A stretch of 63,323 bases of DNA, filler included, from Collodictyon triciliatum (lineage: Eukaryota), in the NCBI GenBank assembly GCA_043381765.1. It is 6 parts of 6 records of this genome, joined end to end, with 100 filler letters (N's around TTAATTAATTAA, not from the genome) between each part and the next. Parts side by side here need not be neighbours in the genome. Positions count along the whole stretch, not along the records: positions 13,970 to 32,278 come from JBHJMP010001381.1; positions 32,379 to 50,677 come from JBHJMP010001382.1; 4 more parts are not named here. The stretch is one strand, 5' to 3'. The notes under the pieces are model-generated. The model searched no databases. It was not told the origin of the DNA and saw only the letters and a list, made by a program, of their open reading frames with translations. The position numbers and the translations under genes were made by a program. This document shows, piece by piece, positions 21,943-32,581 of this stretch. Each line of letters opens with the position of its first letter. The stretch's first letter is position 1.

Positions 21943-22226
21943 TATAAGTGCCCGATGGGGCTACAAGTTAAGCTCTGCGCGTATATAAGAAATGTGCCTA
22001 ATGGGGCATTAAAGATGAGCTGCTGTTGTGTATATAAGAAATGTGCCTAATGGGGCATTGAAGATGGGTGGCTGGAGATTATATAAGAAATGTGCCTAAT
22101 GGGGCATTGAAGATTAGTGGTTGGTGTGTATATAATAAATATGCTTAATCGGGCAATGAAGATGGGCGGCTGTTGTGAATATAAGAAATATGCTCAGTGG
22201 GGGATTGAATGTAAGATGTTAGGTGG
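21943..22226. repeat. ~49-bp minisatellite, about 6 diverged units
   Basis: Unit core TATATAAGAAATGTGCCTAATGGGGCATTGAAGAT plus a ~14-nt G-rich variable part; best copies at 21982, 22031 and 22080. Confidence 0.85.
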
Positions 22227-23214
22227 AATCGATGCGACAGAACATGGTCAACAATCATATCAAGTCTTTGTTACATCCCCTGAAGAACACGCACATGACG
22301 AACCAAATAACTAAGCACCTAAATATCGCGATGAGCTGTGGGGGTTAGCGAAGCAGTTGTCCCAGGCCAACATTATCAAATATCAACATACAAAACCCAT
22401 GCGACTCCATATCCCTCGCGGTGGGCATATACTTTGAAACTAATCCAGCAGAGCCATCACCAAGTCACGAAAGTCACGAGAGTTTCAAACCACGATATTC
22501 GCAAAGGAGTGGGTTGACCTAAATGGTTACGCTTTATGTACGTATGATAAATGTGTGTATAATTTGAGAATTGTGGTCCATTTTAACGTGAAGCTATTCA
22601 AAATGATTCATTTATTGTCTGTCAAACTAAGTCAATTCGTGTCTTCTGGAGGTTTTTCTTTGAGTAATAAGTACCTAAGAACATTTTCATGAGCATGTTG
22701 TATCTATTCTGTCTCCGATGTTTTCTAATGCGGACATAGTGGGCGAATACTATTATCAGAATGCTACGATTTCTATTTCTTCATAATCCGATTTTTTTCA
22801 ATGCACTCAGGTTCTTCGATCTGTCACCACATCCCTATTACTCGCAATAATATTGACAAATAGCATTCAGATATCAATAATTTAATTTGCTCAACAAAAA
22901 AACTATGTAAAATATCAATATTCATAGTGAATATTTTATTGAAGCCTAACTGATTTCTCGAATATTATGCCATTCATAGTCATGATGTTGAAAAAACCAA
23001 ATTTTGGAGAATTTGTGAATCGAGGGGTCTATTAATTATCTTTATAAAACAGAGGGTGCATATATCAACCAACCTTATTTAGAGTAAAAATTGAGTCAAA
23101 AGCATATCTCTTTCCTTACGTTCTCTTATGAAAAGATACTGAATTTGCACTGAGCTAAGTTATTTTTGGGAACTTAATTTTAACTTGCAAAGAAGAAACA
23201 GGGAATTTCAAAAC

Positions 23215-26200
23215 ATGTCCGCAACCGAAACAAGCACCGAGGCCAACGTCAGCCTTGTCACCATTGACGAAGTCTGTACAAATACATACATTATCTTCAA
23301 GAAATATTTTTATGTATCGGAATGGATTGATAACTTAATCTGGCAACTGAGCACAGGCTGTCCTCGAATGGGTGAACCACCACCTGGGAAAAATCGAGCT
23401 CAAGGCGAAGAACATCCGCGATGACTTAATGGACGGGTTCTTTTTGGCCATGCTGTTTGAGACGGTCATCGGAAAGTCCTTAGGAAGCTACCACTCCCGC
23501 TTGTTTGCGTATGACTTATTTATGATATTCACAATTTTTATAGTTTATTTCTATATTTCATGGATTGTTATTTAATCCCTGTATTTATATCAGTGATAAA
23601 GCTATTGAGGAGGAGGTTCTTGTTGACGAGAATCAAAAACTCATTGTTGATTGGTTTCTGAAATTGAATGTGCGTGATGAGGCTGTTGCTCCTCAGGCCC
23701 ATTACGCTGGTTTGCTTCATTTGTTTTAAAGGGACATAATATTGGAATTTTTCATACATCATACATTTATTTTGCATTAGTGACGTATACATATTCTTAC
23801 AGATTTGCTCAATACAATGCTCCAGTATCTTATTGGAAAAAGCGTTGGCGATTTGGGAAGCCTTGGGGTAACAATTTCTTTACTTTTTTCTATTTCGACT
23901 CTTATGTAATTTAATTTCTGAATATTGAAAAACTTAGAAAAAATGTCGTGAGAGGTACGATATTGCCAAGAAGCTCTACGAAAGAGCGAAGGCCCCGTTT
24001 CCGTTCCATGGTTGAAATTTGATTTATTTTCATTTTTTTATATTTATTAATTTATTGTTTTGTATTTATTTCTCAACTAAATTAAATTTATATATTGATG
24101 CAGGTCTTGGTCTGGAAGAAAAAGGCTCTGTCGTCCTCATCCGCACTTGCATTCTTCTTGACAAGGTAATGAATAATTTATTAAAATAATTAAAGTTTGA
24201 CCAAATACATTCCTTTTGTGAAATATAATCTCCTTTTCAAATCAGATGAAGCTTGCTCGTGAAGACCTGAAGGAGAGGCAATACAAGAAGTGGAATCCGG
24301 CTCCACAAAGATACGTGTCACCAACACCATTGCCACTCATTGTATTTGACGAGCGTGTCGTTCGTGCTTTCCTTTCCTCGACTTTCCGTGACATGCAGCA
24401 AGAAAGAGACGAATTCTTCAAGAACGGAGCCCCTGAGTAAACATAATACATTTTTATATTGGGAAGTCATGATAGGGAATGATAATTTGATGGTTTATTT
24501 TATAACAGTGTTATCTGTATGTCAGGTTGAAAAGGCTTGCAAAATCGAAGGGAGTGGACCTTGTCTTTATCGATTTGCGCTGGGGACTGACTTCTGAGGA
24601 CAGTAGTGAGGGATGGGTAATCACAATATTATTAACATTATTTTTTGAAACTTTCAATATGCTGCAATTTTATAGAATAATTAACTTCAATTTTCTCCTG
24701 TTACTTCAAGGTTGTGATTCGCTGTCTGGACTCTATCGGAAAATGCCCATACTTTGTGTGCTCTCTCGGTGCGCGTTACGGCTGGATTCCTGACCAAAAC
24801 AAAACGGAGCTGAACAAACAGGCCCGCCTTGAGGAGCTGCTGAATACCAAGCCTGATGCCACCATGAAGGATGTCTGGGTGGAATGGCGCAGTGAAACTA
24901 ATAGCCGCTTCCCTTTCATCGACGGAATGCCTGGGCTGAGTGTGACTGAATACGAGGTGAAGTCGATATCTACGTTTTATTCTGTATCTATTTATGAACA
25001 TTAATTGAAAAATAAACAAAGCAATCTCTAAATCATTTATTCATGTCCAGATTCAGTATGCCTGTCTGATTGACAAGCCAGCATGCAGCCGCGCCTTCTT
25101 TTACCTCCGCGATGAGCACTATGCTGTCGAACATGCCAAGAGCGAGGAAGAAAGAAAGCTTTTCCAAGCTGAAAGCAAAGAGGCGGTAAAAATTGATACA
25201 AATTCTTAATCTTCATTTCCAAGTAATGTATGTTATGATTGTTTAATGATTTAATTGTTTGTCATATATTATAATATATTTTTTTAGCGTAAAAGGCAGG
25301 ACGAGCTCAAAGAGAAAGTTAAGGCCAAGTTCGGTCATGTTGTCTTCAAAGGAGCGAAAGAGTATTCGGAATTTGTGACCTACCATCTCTCCTATGCCAT
25401 CGAGCGTGACTTTGGGAATCAAATTGTAATTTTTATGGATTTATGGATTGAGATTTAAGTATCGATTGGTAAGGTATATATTTCATTTCTATTACGTTGA
25501 CATAACTATACCCTAGGTGAGAGACCCTGAAGACCAAGCGCAGCACCAGTTCAAGATGCATCGACTGGCTGGGTTTGGCGGAAGAAAAGAGCTTCTCAAG
25601 ACAATTACGGAGCAAGTAAGATGAAAATCAATCAATTAAAATGACAACAATTTCCTTTGATTTTTTCTTATCAATTTTTTATCAGGCTATGAACCAGCTG
25701 AGCATCGAGAAATCCAAAATCATCGTTCTTGCTGCCGAGTCTGGTATTGGAAAGTCGTCACTCATGGCTGCTACAGCGAGAGACCTCGAAGGGCTGAAGC
25801 ATCCTGGGCTGCATGTCTTTTTCCATTTTGTTGGATGCACCAATCTCAGCAACTACGTGGAAAGGTTAATTTGTTTCTTTTTGTTTTTATAGATATAAAT
25901 ATATTTTATTGTTTTTTCTAAAAATATTTGTATTATTTTAGTGTGTCGATTCGCTTCTGGACTCTGGTCGCAAATTCTGCCAACTTTGTCGAGCAAAAGA
26001 AGCAGGAAGCAGGTATTACATTATTGTATTTTATTTTTATCTTTTCGATTTAAATGACGTATAACAATTCTTGCATTTATTTTATTTTACCACTAGAATA
26101 CGAAAAAGAGGGACTCCAGGGCTTGCTGAAGATGATCCAGGAGAAAAACAAGTAATACGTCAATTTGTTATATTTTTTGATAAATCGAAATTAAATACTA

Positions 26201-29200
26201 GAATCGAATAAAAAAATTGGTAATAAACAATTATGTTTTATAGGGACGAGAAGTTTGTCTTCCTCATCGATGCCATCAACCAAATCCACCCGTCGCAAGG
26301 AACGCCAGCTCCGCATCTGCTGACCTGGTTACCCAAGGAAACACCACCTAATGTTTCCGTGGTTGTTTCGACCATTCATACCCATGAATCTTGCGCGGTA
26401 TTCACCATTTATTTATTATTTTTTGTATATGTTTGTTTTCTGCATAAAAAATGAATTGAGTGGAACTTTACTTAATGTATCTGTCATAAGTCTGCTAAGC
26501 AAAGTGGACTGGAGCCGATTCCTGTCGCCAAGTTGACCGAGGGCGAAATTAAGGACGGTGTCGAAACATTCCTCATTCGCTACGACAAGACCCTGAACGA
26601 AAAGCAAGTTGGAATGATTCTGGCTGACCTGGAAGATACTGGTGAGGCATTTTTAATAAGAGTGTATATGTTGATAAAAAAATTTCCAAGGAATGATTTA
26701 GTTATTCTTATCTGATATTTTTTATAGGCCATCCACTTTATCTCCGCATCATTCTGGATGAAGTCAGGGTCTTTGGTGTCTATGAGAAGCTCGATGATGA
26801 ACTGAATACGCTGCTTTCGACCAACGGTGTCATTGAGCTTTACACTCTCATTATCAAGCGCTGGCAATTGAAGTTTGACAGGAAAGGTGAGTATTGATTG
26901 TACATATTTCATAAAAATAAAAAGTGCAAATTATAATAGCAATTTTTGTTGAATACCTTTTTTTTTTAATTGTACAGTCTCCTCGTCTGATGGAAAAGAG
27001 ACAATGAAGGTCGAGTATGTCTCCCTCTCGATGAAGGTTCTCTTTGTCTCCCGCATCGGCCTGAGTGAAGGTGATTTGGACAAGTACATGAAAGATGCGA
27101 TTGGCACAGGATTCGAGCTTGCTGAATGGTTTGCTTATTCTTGAATTTTAATAGAATTTATAGGTTTACCCTTTCTCATTTTTTCATTTTTTATTTAATT
27201 TATCTTTTATTCATTCAAACAGGAAATCCTTTTTCTTTACCCTCATCGAGTCACTTTTCGTCCGCAATGGAAGGTTAGTGTTATTTTCCTAATTTTTCGT
27301 TCGTTAATCGGTGCTTTCAGTATAATTATATTTTGGATATAAAGCTGACTATTGTTTATCATAGATACATGTACTTCCACCAGCTGCTGTTGGAGACCAC
27401 TGAAAAAGTTTACTTCTCCGAAAACCAGGAGATGGAAAAAACGCACGAAAAATACGGAAAATGGCTGTTTGGCCAGTATTCTGAGGCTGCCGACGCAGAT
27501 GAGGAGCTTGCTGCTGAGATATGCTACCAACTTCTGAAGGGCAGTTCGTTTGACTTGCTTGTGGAATACATGAAGCAAAAACATGTAATTTTTTATTTTT
27601 TATTTAATTATTTAATTATTTTCACTCATGATGAAACGGCATTCACTGATTAATTTTAAATATTTCATAGGTTATCAGTATCATGCTTGGTGGCCGCTAT
27701 CGCTACGAGTTCTTTACATGCTGGAGAGCAATCAACGCAAGCGGAGCGGCAAACTACAAAGATGCGTATGGAAGCTTGGCTAAGGTATTTTACTATTTAG
27801 TTTTATTTTTTTTTTGAAGGTTACTAACAAAATTTAAATATTAATCATGATTTATTTATTAATTATTGTTTTTTTTTTATTAATTTTCAGTCTTTGGATA
27901 ATGTGGGAGACCTGCTGGTTGGATTTTTCTTGGAGTCTTTTGAAAACTCATTCTTGTTGTCTGTTCTGAATGTGCGTCTTGCGAAGCATCAGACAGAAGG
28001 TATGCAATTCATTGTCTTTGATGATTAATTTTTGTCATGAATATGAGTTATATGTGGAGACAATCAATAATCTATCAATTCATAGATGCAAAGTCTGCTG
28101 ATTACCTGAATCTCGGTCGTGTCTACAAGAACCTCCAAAAGTATAAAAAGAAAACATCATAAAAAACATTAATGATATACTCAGGACATGACATGATGTC
28201 TATAATGAAAACTTTTCTAAAATAAAAATAAATTAAATAGCTGGGCTGAGTCCATGGTCTACTACAAGAAATGCCTTGATTCAGTTGAGAAAAACGAAGA
28301 TGATTCCCTGCGTATTGCTACCATTCATGAAGAGATGGGAATCATCTACCAGCAACAGGATAAGTAAGGCTCGTTTTCAATTATAAATTAAATTATGAAT
28401 AATGTTTCAAAAAGGAATTATTCTGATTTGCTTATGAAATAGAATTGATGAAGCTCTTGATGAATACAAGAAATCACTAGACCTGAGAATCAAACAACTG
28501 GGCGAGAACGACCTGCAAGTGGCCCAATCGCATGACCGCTTCGGAGACATCTATGTCAAGCAGTCAAAGTAATATTTGAATCATTTATATTCGTTAGCAT
28601 TATGCCTTTATTCGAAATATGTAAGTATGCTGATCAATTTTTATGATAGGAATGAGCAAGCTCTGGATGAATATGAAAAAGCCATGGAAATCCGCCAAAA
28701 GAAAGTCGGAAACGAGCATCCCCTTGTCGCAACATCGTACCAGAACTATGGCCATGTCTCTCTGGCTGGGAAAAAGTATCACAGTCATTCGATTAAAGAC
28801 AGTTTTAAATACAACTATGATATTTTGAGAAATATTAATATGATTGAATCACCAAGGTATCAAGAATCTATTAAAAACTACGAAAAGGCGAAATCTATCC
28901 TTGAAAAATCGCTGGGAGCTAAGCATGCATCCGTTGCCTCGACAATCCAGTTTATTGCGAGTGTTCATCTTGCCAATGAAAAGTTCGGATTCCTAAATTA
29001 CGGATATTTTCATAAAACAATAATAATTTTCTATTTCTTACAATTTGCAAAATGAGTTTAGCTTCATATTGTTCATTTTTATGGACTCTATTTGGGGTTA
29101 AAATTATGCATAAGATTATTCTAACTAAATAAATATCAAAACTATTATCTTATATAGGAAAACTGAGGCCTTGTCCTCATTAAAGCAATCGCTGGATATT

Positions 29201-31907
29201 TTCATGTCTGCCCTGGGTGAAAATCATCCGAATGTTGTGGCCTGCTACGAGATGATTGGAGACGTCAGCCATGATTTGAAGGAGTATCTCTTATTATTAA
29301 TTACTATTTTTTAATTGAAAAGAATAATGTTTTTACCCATATTATCCTAGCTTTAAGGGTGCTCTGGAGGCGTATATAAAGACACTGGATATTCGCATGA
29401 GAACACTAGGCGAAAAACATGCAGATTATGCTACTTCTCTTGAGAATGTTGGCCGAACAAATTTTGAGCTTGAAAGGTAATTTTTCTATTATATTAAAAT
29501 TTTTAATATTTGACTAGCACTTGTAAAAAACAATAAATATTGAAAAATAACTAATGCACATGCATCTAGTTCTGCTCAATGTGTTGATTGCTTCCAGAAA
29601 GCAGCTGCTATCAGAAAGGAGACAAATACTGTAATATCGCTGAAAGATGGTTCACAATGTACAAGGATTGCGGAACTTATGGGAGACAAGAAAGAGCATG
29701 AATTAGTCATTCAGCTTTACAAAACAGCTGCTGTTAGACATGGTGAAAAGTCCTCCTATGAAAATTGGGACTGCTGGGTGGCTTGTGAGAATGCAGATAA
29801 GATTTACAAGGAACTGAAGCAGCATAAAGAAGCAGTGGCATTCTGGGCTGAGATGAGAGACAGATTTGCAGATAAAGTTGGATGGATTCACCCCAGAACA
29901 TTTAACTCATGCGAATACGTGTCCGTCCATTCAAAAGAAATTGGAATCAACAAAGAGCCTGTCGAGTTTACAAGAGTCAAGGACTTCATCTGCGAAACTA
30001 TTGATGATGCAAAACTGGATGAGATATGGAATCGTGAGCAAATCATTGCATCGTTATTCAGAATTGTCTACATGTCAAAGACTGATGAGAGCAAAGCAAA
30101 GGTTGCATCTAATGCAATCACACTTTTGAATTTCATGAATGTTTCTTTCGGTGGAATGGATTTATCAAACATCAAAATTCCACATGCAAATATCAGTAAC
30201 TCAATCCTTGATAGTGTAAACCTCACTGGTGCCAACTTGGATGGTGTTGATTTCACGAATTCGATGCTTGGTGACTGTGTTTTTGATAATGCAAAAATGA
30301 GTAATGTGAAATTCAGAATTCCTCATAATAAACTAGAGGGTCATACGGATTCTGCCATGAGTATTTGCAGTTTTCAAGGACTGAATGGTGAAAACTGGCT
30401 GGCTTCTGGAAGTGGTGATAATACAATTTGTATTTGGGATGTAGCCACAGGAAACCAGATCAAAAAATTAAATGGACACACAAGAACGGTCAATAGTGTT
30501 TGGAGTATTCAAGGAACGAATGGTGAAAATTGGCTGGCTTCTGGAAGTCGTGATAACACAATACGTATTTGGGATATAGCCACAGGAAACCAAATCAAAA
30601 TATTAGAAGGACATACAGATTATATCAAAAGTGTTTGCAGTATCCAAGGACCAAATGGTGAGAAGTGGCTGGCTTCTGGGAGTTATGATAACACAGTACG
30701 TATTTGGGATGTCGCCTCAGGAAACCAAATCAAAATATTACAAGGTCATACAAATCATGTCACTAGTGTTTGCAGCATTCAAGGACCAAATGGCGAAAAA
30801 TGGCTGGCTTCTGGAAGTGAAGATAAGACAATACTTATTTGGAATGTAGCTACAGGAAACCAAATCAATATATTAGAAGGTCATACACGTTTTGTTAGTA
30901 GTGTTTGCAATATCCAAGGGCCGAATAGTGAAAATTGGTTGGCTTCTGGGAGTTATGATAACACAGTACGTATTTGGGATGTAGCCACAGGAAACCAAAT
31001 CAAAACATTAAAAGGGCATACAAGTGGTGTCAGTAGTGTTTACAGTCTTCAAGGACCGAATGGAGAAAAATGGCTGGCTTCTGGAAGTATGGATAACACA
31101 ATACGTATTTGGGATGTAACTACAGGAAACCAAATCAAAGTATTAAAAGGTGATTGGGGTGCTGTCAATAGTGTTTGCAGTATTCAAGGACCGAATGGTG
31201 AAAATTGGTTGGCCTCTGGAAGTGCTGATAACACGATACGTATTTGGGATGTAGCCACGGAAAACCAAACACACAGTGTGCAAAAATCAGAAGTGACCTA
31301 CATCCAAGGAAAATACCTCGTCAACGAAGAAAAGCCAGACGAAGTCATCGCAGTATTCAACAGAACAAGTGATGCGATGAACATGATTGACACCAACAGA
31401 ATCCAAGATGCAAAGACAGTCCAGATTGTCGGCCCAAGAAAGCTACAAGGTGGTAACATCCTAATCAGAAATGTCACAGGATTGATTCAATTCAACAAAT
31501 CCCTCCTACTTTCTATCGGTGCTGCTTCCTTTGATGCGGACTTTGCTGCTTATTGTGAGCAGGGCAAGTTCACAAAGTTCCAGGCTCAAATGTTGGCTGA
31601 GTGCTATGAAAACGGATGGGGTGTTGAGAAGGACAATGAGAGAGCTTATTTTTGGAAAGTTATCGCTCCTTTGAAATTATCATTAGATTTTGATGGATTG
31701 AAGCAACTCGCAAAACAAGGCTCAAAGGATGCATTCAATGTTTTGAAGGAAATGGCTGAAATGAAAACATGGGACGAGAATTATGGTGAATACAAATATA
31801 AATATCCACAAGCTGTTTCTACTGTTGCAGAATGCTATAAGAATGGGTGGGGTGTTGACAAGGACACCGTGAAAGCTGCTGATTGGAGAAAGAAAGCCGC
31901 AGCTTAA
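23215..31907 (+). CDS. NLR/STAND-like multidomain protein: calponin-homology, DUF4062, NACHT-like P-loop NTPase, TPR array, pentapeptide repeats, 7x WD40, SEL1-like repeats
   Basis: Spliced exons: CH-like AVLEWVNHHL...DDLMDGFFLAMLFE; DUF4062 RAFLSSTFRDMQQERD, FIDLRWG, CPYFVCSLGARYGWIP; Walker A-like AESGIGKSSLMA; Walker B FVFLIDAINQI; TPRs ALDEYEKAMEIRQKKVGNEHPLVATSY. Terminal exon 29570-31907 stays in frame and carries the pentapeptide, WD40 and SEL1 (LAECYENGWGVEKD) repeats. Confidence 0.88.
30339..31270 (+). repeat. Seven highly similar 135-bp (45-aa) WD40 coding repeats
   Basis: Unit GHTxxVxSVCSIQGPNGExWLASGSxDNTIRIWDVATGNQIKIL; the similarity is visible at nucleotide level. Confidence 0.92.
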
Positions 31908-32089
31908 CAAGGTAAGTAGTATAATAAATGCATATTGATATATGTTCGTTAACTATAATCATTTTAGATGGAGAGATTCTCTGGGTTTTTTTCAAGCACA
32001 CCTCCGCTTTTTTCCCACCAGGACGCTCCATGAAAACAGAATAAAACCTTAAAAATGAAAGCAAAGCTGATCGATATCTGTTGCATCCT

Positions 32090-32278
32090 TTTTTCCTTTC
32101 TTTCCTTTTCTTTTTTCTTTTCTTTTTCTTTTTCTTTGTCTTTTCCTTTTTCTTTTTTCTTTTCTTTTTCTTTTTCTTTTTCTTTTTCTTTTTCTTTTTC
32201 TTTTTCTTTTTCTTTTTCTTTTTCTTTTTCTTTTCTTTTCTTTTCTTTTCTTTTCTTTTTCTTTATCTTTATCTTTAT
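32090..32278. repeat. (TTTTTC)n/(TTTTC)n simple repeat at contig end
   Basis: Direct reading. Confidence 0.9.
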
Positions 32279-32378
32279 NNNNNNNNNNNNNNNNNNNNNN
32301 NNNNNNNNNNNNNNNNNNNNNNTTAATTAATTAANNNNNNNNNNNNNNNNNNNNNNNNNNNNNNNNNNNNNNNNNNNN
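32279..32378. other. Artificial contig spacer
   Basis: N44-TTAATTAATTAA-N44. Confidence 0.98.
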
Positions 32379-32473
32379 ACAAACAAACAAACAAACAAAC
32401 AAACAAACAAACAAACAAACAAACAAACAAACAAACAAACAAACAAACAAACAAACAAACAAACAAACAAACA
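32379..32473. repeat. (AAAC)n microsatellite
   Basis: Direct reading. Confidence 0.95.
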
Positions 32474-32581
32474 AAAAAATAATCAAAAAACAAATCTCAG
32501 ACACGTAAATACGAAATAAACAGTCTAGAAGTCCAGGCCAAAAAAAAAGAAGAAAGAAAGAAAACCCCAAGAAAGACCCCA

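Noticed and set aside
21943-22226. CRISPR array
   Set aside because: The 'spacers' are only ~14 nt and resemble each other, the repeats decay at both ends, there are no cas genes, and the context is eukaryotic. Called a minisatellite.
29679-31907. Stand-alone 742-aa WD40/SEL1 gene or bacterial contaminant
   Set aside because: The frame is open back to an AG acceptor at 29568-29569 and joins the previous TPR exon in phase, so it is treated as the last exon of the 23215 gene.
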